NCBI RefSeq assembly: GCF_001194135.2
Contig: NC_068985.1
Coordinates: 57,364,248-57,398,335 of the forward strand
Length of the DNA stretch: 34,088 nt
Direction: 5' to 3'
From: Octopus bimaculoides
Taxonomy: Eukaryota
A program made the position numbers and the translations under genes. The notes under the pieces were generated by a model, which saw nothing but the letters and a program-made list of their open reading frames with translations, made no database searches and was not told the origin of the DNA. The number at the start of each line of letters is the position of its first letter. Positions within the stretch are counted from its first letter, which is position 1. Of this stretch, positions 12,185-22,234 are shown one piece after another.

Positions 12185-13039
12185 TACATATATGCACACA
12201 TAACACATGCATATATGTGTATGCATGTGTGTATGCGTCTGCATGTGTGCGAGTGCAGTTCTTATAAATCCTAAAATGCTGGTATATAAATTTACTATCA
12301 AAAGCTGATCATATGAATGTCGTAATAGAATGTTAGACAGGAATGTATATCTTGATAATGAAGAGAATTCAAAACTCAAGGATATCTTTTGGAAAATGCC
12401 AATCTTTATGATTTTCTCAAAGATATATAAGGTGATACTGAATTAGCTGTTTTCACATTATTTTTGCCTTTGTTGGTGTATGCTTGTACAAACGTTAGCA
12501 TTAAATATGACAAGCATACACGTAATATGCACATAATACGGATATCATATAGGAAAGTTGGAGCATGTTCTGTAAATGTGTTCACGATGAATTTTGCATG
12601 CAACTTAGAAAAGAAACACACGGAACGAAAGAAAGAGAGAGAAAAAGGGAGAAGGAAAGAGACAGTGAGATTTGTACGTGACGTTGATTTCACGGAATCT
12701 CTTTTTCTATAATATTGTAAGTGTGCTAACCGCACTCTTGCGCTCACATGTGCTAGAAATAACAACTAAATGTGTCTGAAATTACACCTACTCTAAACAC
12801 TGCGTATTTATATAATCGCTGATGTCACGGGATCGATGTAAACTCATTTTTTCAAAACGTCATTGCTAAACCAAACCTTAGCCATCACTCGCTGGCTATC
12901 ATGGTCTAGTAACATTCACCATACTTTTGCGAATAGTTTTGTATGCTTTTGTGAGTCGTGAGCAAAGCGTGACACCCACTCGGCTCGCTTACACAATACT
13001 TGGCGGACCTTGCATGATATGACATGGATGGGTAGGAGG

Positions 13040-13170
13040 GCTGCATCATTTGACACTCATTTTCAGATGAGTAAACTGGAACAACGTAAATGAAGTGGAT
13101 AAATACAGGACACAATGAACAATTCAGTCCATGCGTCGAGCCGATGTTTTCGTGACTGTAAGCTCAACTT
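13040..13170 (-). mobile_element. Decayed SINE fragment
   Basis: GTAAACTGGAACAACGTAAATGAAGTG..CAGGACACAATG resembles the antisense core of a common octopus SINE (recalled consensus ..ACTGGAGCAACGTGAAATGAAGTG..CAAGGACACAAC). Confidence 0.4.
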
Positions 13171-14524
13171 TCTAATGACAAGGTTATGTACCTTCACACT
13201 GAATCATCAGTAATAACAAACATTTTAAACAAAAGGCAACAAAATATAAATTAGAAACAAGTAGGCATGTAATTCCTGATTTTCTCATAAAATAGCGATG
13301 AAAAATTTCACAGGGACACCACCAGCAGGAAAACAGTAGTTAAATTCTTTATGCTGCTAAATTGGAAGTAGTGACCATAAAACTTTCCGTGAAGAATAGA
13401 TAATTTGATGAAAAAGATACAAAAGTAATTAGTTGTTGATATTTAACTTATTTTGAATAGAAACAATTTCTGACAGTTTTCGCTGTTATTAAATCACATC
13501 AGTGTATTTCTGACTTCGCGATATTTCTGTAACAGAGAGAGATGAATAAATTGCTAAGTGGTTGATTAAATCAGTACCCAAGTGAGTGGGAAATTAAAGA
13601 AAAAAAGTTGAAATGGCAGTGTCACTATATACCATGAGAAATTGAAGTATTATTTTTACTCTATTCGATAAATTATTATGTATTCTATGTCATATATCAG
13701 TTAACTGTCTTATAGTTAAGTGGTTATCAATTTAGAATGCAAAACCAAACCAGAACATGCCCTAAGCAAGGACAATGCTCCCTACAACAAAGCCCATTTA
13801 ACTCTGAAAGCAACATATATTCACCGTGAGTAGTTTTTTCATTTTTGAACTTATATTTTTCGGATAACAAACAAACCAAGATAAAATTAAAATAGAATTG
13901 TTATATATATNNNNNNNNNNNNNNNNNNNNNNNNNNNNNNNNNNNNNNNNNNNNNNNNNNNNNNNNNNNNNNNNNTATATATATAAGGTAAGCGATCTTT
14001 TAATTTTGTATGAGGATAGTGCTTTTCCTAACAACTGACAAAACCGATACAGAATACGATTAAATAATATATATATATATATATATTGAAACTATTTTAC
14101 TTTCCTTGAACAATTTTTATCGAATGTCTGAGCTCATTTGAACACATTAATTCATTTTAAATCGTTATTTATTGCTCACATATTTATTGAACTATAGAAT
14201 CTCAATTTTGTCCATGTTCTTTTTTAAAACGGCAAACAAAATGTTTACATATATATTACATACATATAGTAAATATATTTCACTGAAAACAAAAGCCAAA
14301 AAAAAGTCTACAGAAAACAAAACCTATATTCAAATGTAATATATGTATTACTGACTAGAGCTAGCGTGAAATTAAATGATTTCGAATGCAGTAAATAAAA
14401 TATATATTAAATTTCAATGAATACATTCATTATATTCCAATAAATGCACAGGTAAGGATAACTATGGTCGAATGTTGAATTTGGAACGTAAAAAAGTAAT
14501 TAACGGCATATATATCTATAATTA

Positions 14525-14578
<54 letters not shown>

Positions 14579-14734
14579 CATATATAAATTATTTAAAATT
14601 ATAATACAGGGTATCAAGAAATACCACCGCGCTGAAAAAATAGCAGTCAAATCAGACTCTAAAACAACAATAAATGTCCGCATGGCACGATTAGCGAAGA
14701 CGAAGACCAAATAAAACCAGTAAAAATAAAGATA

Positions 14735-14796
14735 ATTCCAAATCCTGGATTTCTGGCTTTGCATAAATAATAATGCTCTGCCTTCATCAGTGGAAT
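14735..14796 (-). ncRNA. Minimal type I hammerhead ribozyme-like motif (antisense arm of the inverted repeat)
   Basis: Exact reverse complement of 15026-15087. Confidence 0.6.
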
Positions 14797-15025
14797 ATAC
14801 TCCAGTACATAAATACAAATACATGTATACCACTTGATAAGATCAATATTTTAAATATCGATCTTATCCTTATTTATATAAATATAATTTCGGATCGCAC
14901 GAAAGGTTGTTTAGGCGGGCTATTTAAGCTAGTCGTGTGCATACGTGGATATATATGTATGTATACGTCCGTATATGTAAGTATACTGTTTATATACATG
15001 TATTTGTATTTATGTACTGGAGTAT

Positions 15026-15087
15026 ATTCCACTGATGAAGGCAGAGCATTATTATTTATGCAAAGCCAGAAATCCAGGATTTGGAAT
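15026..15087 (+). ncRNA. Minimal type I hammerhead ribozyme-like motif, slightly degenerate
   Basis: Stem I ATTCCA/TGGAAT; core CTGATGA (15032-15038); stem II (A)GGC..GCC(A) with an A-A mismatch at the closing pair and an inner GCAT/ATGC helix; GAAA (15069-15072); palindromic stem III ATCC-A-GGAT; AUU cleavage triplet. Confidence 0.62.
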
Positions 15088-15859
15088 TATCTTTATTTTT
15101 ACTGGTTTTATTNNNNNNNNNNNNNNNNNNNNNNNNNNNNNNNNNNNNNNNNNNNNNNNNNNNNNNNNNNNNNNNNNNNNNNNNNNNNNNNNNNNNNNNN
15201 NNNNNNNNNNNNNNNNNNNNNNNNNNNNNNNNNNNNNNNNNNNNNNNNNNNNNNNNNNNNNNNNNNNNNNNNNNNNNNNNNNNNNNNNNNNNNNNNNNNN
15301 NNNNNNNNNNNNNNNNNNNNNNNNNNNNNNNNNNNNNNNNNNNNNNNNNNNNNNNNNNNNNNNNNNNNNNNNNNNNNNNNNNNNNNNNNNNNNNNNNNNN
15401 NNNNNNNNNNNNNNNNNNNNNNNNNNNNNNNNNNNNNNNNNNNNNNNNNNNNNNNNNNNNNNNNNNNNNNNNNNNNNNNNNNNNNATATATATATATATA
15501 TATACATAGAAAGAATTTGACTATTACTTCATTTGAAATAGATCTAGAATATTTAATGTTTACCATGAGATACTTGAAATTTTACAACTGGAGAATGTGC
15601 TAGTTACCAGTCTCTTCCTTGTCAATCACTTGTAAGCCCAATCGCATCGGTCTGTTAATCTTTAAGTTTCAGATTACTTCTTTCTGCAGTCAACCGTCAC
15701 TCTTGACTGAATATCCTTTCGTTACAAAGGCTATTTTTATTAATTGTTTTAGTCACGAACACACAAAATCTTGTTCTTGGACTCTTCGCCGTTGATCCAG
15801 CGGACCATCCAGAATATGCCCACTTGAGGAGAATGTGTAGTGTCAACACCAAATTCTGC

Positions 15860-15965
15860 AGCTAAAGAAAACCGAACAATGTGAAATGAAGATTTTGTTC
15901 AAGGAATTGGAACTAAGGTTACTTGATCTTGAGTTGAACTCCCTAATTCGTAGAGAACGCGGTTT
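15860..15965 (-). mobile_element. Decayed SINE fragment (same family as 13040-13170)
   Basis: AACCGAACAATGTGAAATGAAGATTTTGTTCAAGGA..GGAACT..GATCTTGAGTTGAACTCCCTAA is an antisense SINE core and head. Confidence 0.4.
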
Positions 15966-17350
15966 CGCTTTCTCTTAATGGCGTTTTTAATAACGTAGTT
16001 GTAAACCTTAAGGATGTTAGTGAAACATCAATGAGAGAGATTAAATTTTCTAGGACATGCACACATACATAAACACATATAAACGCAAATATATATGATT
16101 GATTATGCCTATTAATTACGTCTTATTCTATAAAACCAACAATACACAAGTCTAGTTTTGAAAGACTATATTAATAAGAATCTTGTCTGACAAGTACTAT
16201 ATAGCTGTATCCCTCATTACATCAAGTCAGAAAGCAAATATTTCTTGCAGAAATATTTCGAATTTTTAATTTCGAATATCAACCCAGACGACTGTAGTAA
16301 AGTAGAACTAGTACACAATCAAATACATAAGTATATACATAGAAAATTGCTAGTTGCAATGCTTTATAAAACAAAGAAACTATACAGTTTACATCCAAGT
16401 AAAGGAAATGTATCATTCAACAGCGAACTATATTTCGGCGAAAATGGCCTTCAACGAAATATCTGATAATTATAATACTTTAGTTGTTTTTTGTTCATAC
16501 TTTGCACCTACTCTCAATATATATATATATATAATTAATATTTTGGCTTATTAGCAATTTGCCTTTAGGTACATATATATCTTTAGTTCATTAGCTGTGT
16601 GACTCTGTATGAAATATTGGCAAGGGTAAAAGATTTTAAAACTGAAATATATACATGCATATAGATATGTGTATATGTATGTATTCTTCTGTCGTTTAGT
16701 AGACTTATGCTACTGTTTGTAAACTCTGTCATACATTCATTCTTGTATGTGAATGCATGTGTGCCTGTGTGCCTGTGAGAGTTTGCGTTTGTATATGTAA
16801 ATAAATGTTTTTAAAAACGAAACTCTTTACAGGACATTCCATTCATCATCTATGAACACTTTTTAAAATATTTCACTTATAATGAAATATTTCTGTGTTG
16901 TAAAACAGATTGACTGTTGTCTATATATCTTCTTATATAACGTTATCTATTCAAAGTAAATGTAATTTATTTTTTTACGATGGCTGGACTTGACTATCGT
17001 ATTATTTTTCCATTCTTTTCACACATCGATACACACTCTAGTACACATATAAAACAAAAAGAGAGGGACATACACAGTTACAAAACATGTAAAGTATTCT
17101 GACTGACACATACATATACACCGAAGTCAAGTAATATATTCAGAGAGACTGTTTGGACGATAATATCATAAAGAGTGATGCTAATTGCACAGGAAGGGAA
17201 AATGGCAGTTTGTTCAAATGTCATTCAGTAGCAAAGATTTCGCCACAGGTCAGGAAGTTATAATAGCAATAAACATTAGTCTACTTTGGAACGCAAAATT
17301 AATTACACAGACGCCGTCAAATACATTTTCTTCCTTTTCTCACAGTAATA

Positions 17351-17503
17351 GGCGCAGGTGTTGGTGTGTGTTTAAGAAACTTCGTTCCGAACAACGTGAT
17401 CTTAGGTTCTATTCTACAGCACAACAATGTCTTGTGCTGTAGCTTCGGGCCAACCAAAGCCTTGTGAGTAGACTTTGTAAGAAGAAACTGAAAGAAGCCT
17501 GTC
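17351..17503 (+). mobile_element. tRNA-derived octopus SINE, decayed, with TA/TG-rich tail
   Basis: GGTGTGTGTTTAAGAAACTT..GGTTCTATTC..CTTCGGGCCAACCAAAGCCTTGTGAGT..GAAACTGAAAGAAGCCTGTC plus microsatellite tail; alignable by eye to 27760-27914. Confidence 0.75.
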
Positions 17504-17516
17504 ACATATATGTATA

Positions 17517-17563
<47 letters not shown>

Positions 17564-18411
17564 TGGTTTTTGTTATTGCAAAGTTATATATAAAACAACT
17601 TAGCATTGACCTGAAGATTTACTCAACACAGTTATGCTGTGAACATGTTTATTAAATCTTTACAACTTTTAAATTTCAGTCCGCAAGCCTTCATCATATA
17701 TGTGTATTTTCTTCATTTCAGTGCAATAACAAATGCTAGAATATTGTGTTTCCCCTGTGTACAAAGCCACACAAACCAATACCCGAAATAGATATCATTA
17801 ATGTTCTTTAGAGTTTTTCAGTAAATATGTTTAATATATATCTATATTTAATAAATATATTGAACATAAATATATTTCATAGAAAGTTAGCATGTTAAGC
17901 TGAAGACAAGTGTTGGACAGTATCACCATTGCAATCAATGAATGGCCTTGTTTCATTAAATTTCTGACACTACTGATATTTTATTCTAGCCAGTTTCATA
18001 GTGATTACGTCGAATTTAACTTTTCGTTGATTGGAGGTGTCCAATATTGTACTTACCTTTTGTTTTCGCTTTTTCAAACTTGTCCATCACGAGGACGTTT
18101 TTAAATTCATGACCATTTATAGAGTTTCATATTTGTTTTGCGTAATCTTCGCATCCCTTAGAATGTGAAGATTATGAATGACTTGTAGTGACACCGCATT
18201 TCGTTGTGCAGCCATAATATGTTACAAGTTATATTGAGCGCTTTTTCATAAGCCAGTACTGTGTTACCAGTGTTATTACATCACTTGTTAGAGTTATCTC
18301 TACTGAATTTCCACAGAAATTATAGCAACTACTGATTTTGTTACGGCGTTTCGTATCCGAGACATCTGATGTAAACAACAACAATGAGATCGAAGATGAA
18401 AAATGGATAAT

Positions 18412-18460
18412 GGGCGTATTTGTCATATTTCAGGAGTTTTTGTCCCTTCATCAGCACCCT
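18412..18460 (-). ncRNA. Minimal type I hammerhead ribozyme, decayed copy
   Basis: Minus: GGGTG-CTGATGA-AGGG(ACAAAAAC)TCCT-GAAA-TATG-A-CAAA-T-A-CGCCC. Core intact; one mismatch in stem III. Confidence 0.7.
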
Positions 18461-18772
18461 CCCAACACATTAATCATTCACGAACTCATTGGCTATAATT
18501 TCTATTGAAAATCTGTAAAGATAACCTTAACAAGTGGTGTAATAGCACTGCTGCTAACACAGCAAAACGCGGTATTGACTTATAAAAGCATTTAATACAC
18601 TTTGTAGTATATTCTGTTGACTTAACAACATACCATGTCTTAGAAGATATTTTTATCTATATACCAGCTTCGAAGAATGTGTTTAATATGTACAGTTGTT
18701 ATATCCAGTAACGTTACGCTGCTATATTTAGTGGCTATTTAAGCAATGAGTTCGTTGATCATTAATGGGTTG

Positions 18773-18826
18773 GATGGGTGCTGATGAAGGAGTAAAAGCT
18801 CCTGAAATATGTCATATACGCCTATT
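18773..18826 (+). ncRNA. Minimal type I hammerhead ribozyme with intact core
   Basis: Stem I GATGGGTG/CGCCTATT (8 bp including 3 G-U); CTGATGA 18781-18787; stem II AGGAG/CTCCT with TAAAAG loop; GAAA 18804-18807; palindromic stem III ATATG-T-CATAT; AUA triplet, predicted cleavage after A18818. Confidence 0.88.
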
Positions 18827-18959
18827 ATCCATCTTCCCTCTTCGATCTCATTGTTGTTCACATCAGCCGCCTCAGATACGAAATGTCGTAACAAGATCTG
18901 TACTGGTTATAATTGCGATAGAAAATATGTAGAGATAACCTCAACATGTGAAGATTACA

Positions 18960-19620
18960 TTTTAAGATCTATGTTCGAATTCTTCATAGATAATCCGTTT
19001 CTGTTAACCAGCTGAAATATTTCCTGACATATTCATATCAGAAATTGGCGGAAGTCTAATTGCATTTCTATGTTTGAAAATCCTTTCAGCGGCAGGAAGT
19101 TAAAGACACATTCGTAAAAGGAAAAAATTCAAACATTTATTTGGATAAAATCATTTCCAGATACGTTAGAATTTAAATTGCGATATGACTGATAACGTTG
19201 TTGAACAAAAATCATCTCACGCATATTTAAAGACAACGATATCAAATGTTTTGTTTTCTTCATATTTTGCGCCTTTTCATTGGGGCTTCATTGTTTCTAA
19301 ACCGAGTAAAATATATAACTGCGTCGAACATGTCTTCCAATCTAATAACACTTGGTGCCGCTCCTCTCTACAAAGTATTCTCTGTTAGGGTGAGCACACT
19401 TCCCTCCCTTGCTTTTTAAACGGGGTCAATGCCGCAAAATTTCGTTTGGAATTCTCAGACCTAATGACAGTTGTTCTTGAATACCGTTTATGATAGTCAA
19501 CGGAATCGCCCTCAAAACTTTGTTTCATTGTTCTCCAGAAAGTATTGTTCGTGTCTTGAAAGGATGGATCCAAGTCACGTCTGCGTTGAGACTTGAACAT
19601 ATAATAGGCCAATTATTTCT
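18960..19620 (-). mobile_element. Very decayed Penelope-like GIY-YIG/C-terminal remnant
   Basis: Minus fragments: GGKCAHPN (cf. KCxHPNC), KHLI, IFSFYEC (cf. IFPFYKC), KRIIYEEF..N. Order and style match the PLE at 28.0-28.9 kb, but with many indels. Confidence 0.45.
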
Positions 19621-20426
19621 CATTTATTCTAATATTTATAATAACTGATTCTGACAACCTGCTGCCCTTAATGCAAGGCCATCTTGTTATATAACGTATT
19701 AGATTTTACACATACATACATGCATACATATATACATACATACATACATACGTGCATACATGCATACATACATAAAAAACATACATACATACATACATAC
19801 ATACATACATACATACATACACACACACATAAACATACACATGCACACATATATATGTACTTNNNNNNNNNNNNNNNNNNNNNNNNNNNNNNNNNNNNNN
19901 NNNNNNNNNNNNNNNNNNNNNNNNNNNNNNNNNNNNNNNNNNNNNNNNNNNNNNNNNNNNNNNNNNNNNNNNNNNNNNNNNNNNNNNNNNNNNNNNNNNN
20001 NNNNNNNNNNNNNNNNNNNNNNNNNNNNNNNNNNNNNNNNNNNATATATATATATATTCATATATATATATTCATATATATATATATGTATACGTATATA
20101 TACATATAAATACATTATATGTGTGTATGTGTATATATGTATGTATGTATGCATGTATGTATATGTAAAATTAATATATATTCAGCAGTATCATAGCTAG
20201 ATGAAAAGTCATAAATGATCATTGGGTTAGTTAAAATGATTTTGACACATTCCGAATTCCAAAGGAATTTACTGCAGTTACCACGAAGAAATAAATTCTC
20301 CTATATGGTAAAAGGTGCAAAGACACCATATCTGCCCAGTGTTACCCTCAATCGGATTCCCAGACGCAACGTTTCTAGCTCTTTAGCCGTTATCAGCGGG
20401 AAATATGAAAGTAATGTTAGCACATG

Positions 20427-20650
20427 AGCAAAGTCATGGAGCGAATAGTTCGAACGAAACTAATTGCATTCCTTGAAGAGAATAGCTTGCTGACTGACAC
20501 ACGGCAGTTTTCGACCACGTAGAAGCTGCTTGACACAGTATTTTTACTATTACGACTAGATGTTAAAACAGCTGCTCAACAACTCAAATGTTGACGTAAC
20601 TTATGTCGATTTTAATATTGGCATAGTCGAAAAACTTGGAGAATCGCTAC
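20427..20650 (+). mobile_element. CR1/Jockey-group LINE reverse transcriptase fragment
   Basis: SKVMERIVRTKLIAFLEENSLLTD(QHG)FRPRRSCLTQ..YD*..NSNVDVTYVDF; the following AKAFD motif is lost. Confidence 0.8.
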
Positions 20651-21324
20651 ATGATTTTCTAGGAGAATAGGTAATGTTATGCCACACTCAATTTGCCTGG
20701 GTACTTATCACTTGGAAAGAAGCTTTGAAAACATATATGATATAGTAATAATATATAATAATATATAACATATATTTTAACTAGTATAGTTTCAACAAAT
20801 ATATATATATTTGAGACTTGAAATGAGAAATATTTAAGTTTAAAAGTTAATCATGTTTCGTCATATTTACTCTGCTCATTAGCTATTTCATGACTTATAC
20901 ATTCGTACACTTGGCTTTAATTAATGCACCGGGGACAAATTAGGGAGAAAGGAGATCTCTCTAATTAGCATTTCGTTAGATAAGATACACTGAAAAATAT
21001 CATATTTATTTATAATCATTTACCCAGCGAAAATTAAATATGTCATACCAATCTAAGTGTTAGAAATATTGAATATACTAAGAAAATAACTCAGTTTCAT
21101 TTTTCATGTATTCACATGTTCTTTTCTCAAATGTTATAAAATTATATGATACTCATAAAGACTGTGTTAACGTACCAGAAAGAAATATTTGTTCAAAGTT
21201 TCGATAAATAGAATATATACAGTGTACGAAGTGTTTGTAGTAATGCGGACTTATTCCAATAGTTGATGTGAGTTATATAAATTGAGGTTGAAAATAAAAT
21301 TAATGAACCTGCCAAATATGACTA

Positions 21325-21500
21325 TTACCTGTATTTCAAAGTGCCAGCCTTGTGACATTTCGTATCACGCTGAAGATCCTGTAAACGGTAAGCATATCTG
21401 CAGATTGCTCAGCCGCTTCCCCGTTAAGTTCCCATGCATGTTGTTCCAATGATTGGATCAAGTGGAAGCCTCTTTATAGTGACCAACTGAGTGCAAGTCT
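21325..21500 (+). mobile_element. 3' part of an octopus SINE-like repeat, followed by a (CA)n tail
   Basis: CTGTATTTCAAAG.GCCAGCCTTGT..CACGCTGAA..TGCTCAGCC..GTTCCAATGATTGGATCAA.TGGAA..GACCAACTGAGTGC, recognised from memory as an abundant octopus repeat. Confidence 0.55.
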
Positions 21501-21532
21501 CATACATTCATAAATACATACATACTTACATG

Positions 21533-21592
<60 letters not shown>

Positions 21593-21602
21593 NNNNNNNN
21601 NN

Positions 21603-21654
<52 letters not shown>

Positions 21655-21994
21655 TCCCGTAAGAGTTAGAGGTAGGTTGGGAAGCCAACCAACTAGTGGG
21701 TAGTACCTATCCAATATACTGCTGGTAGTGAGACCAATTATTAATACCTAAGTGATGACTATTGAGTGGGAATTTCGCAATTGAGTGTCATATATGGGCA
21801 GGGGGTAAAAAGTGGATTGCCCTTCATTTATACGGCAAAAAGAAAATAGAGGGAATACAAAATTGACATACATCAGCCGGTAGACATTCTATTATGTCTA
21901 TTTAATCCAAAACCAAAGGAAGTATTATAAGAATATATACACATGCAATATATACTAGTAATACATAAAATAGTAAAAGATTAAAAGATCAGTT

Positions 21995-22230
21995 CCTTCC
22001 GGCCGTTTCTGCCAAGAGATCACGATATCCTCCATGCTAGCTCCATCTCTTCAGTGTTCTGTAGGGATGGGTAGATAGAGTTTGGATGTTGAGTGTGCCT
22101 CTAGGCTTCATCAGAGGGTCTAAATGCTTAGGAGAGCCGATGCATACAAGAGTCAGTTACTAATAGGTACAATATATTTTTCTTATTGAAGAGAGCATAA
22201 GAAGAATAGGAGCAAGACTTGGAGTGTGAG
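21995..22230 (-). mobile_element. Possible RTE-like LINE 3' fragment
   Basis: Minus with frameshifts: ..PS..RG..YPSL.NTEEMELA(M)EDRDLWQKR, similar to the RTE C-terminal xMxDRxxW motif. Weak. Confidence 0.3.
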
Positions 22231-22234
22231 AGGA

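Larger units (their letters stand above)
14710..15112. repeat. Perfect 120-bp inverted repeat (14710-14829 / 14993-15112) with a 163-bp spacer; each arm carries a hammerhead-like motif
   Basis: Base-by-base reverse complementarity. The right arm is cut by the assembly gap at 15113. Confidence 0.92.
18200..18951. repeat. HHR-containing pseudo-LTR/retrozyme-like block: inverted pair plus partial direct repeat (~414-nt period)
   Basis: Minus arm ~18281-18491 vs plus arm 18744-18951 (about 99 matches and 16 mismatches over the HHR-containing ~115 nt, counted by eye). The spacer segment from 18494 (TATAATTTC..AAGATAACCTTAACAAGTG) recurs directly at 18908 and inverted at ~18322-18210. Confidence 0.8.

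Noticed and set aside
15655-15690. Two polypyrimidine-AG splice-acceptor-like sites (TTTCAG, TTCTTTCTGCAG)
   Set aside because: No downstream open, protein-like exon with a donor site; such motifs are common by chance.
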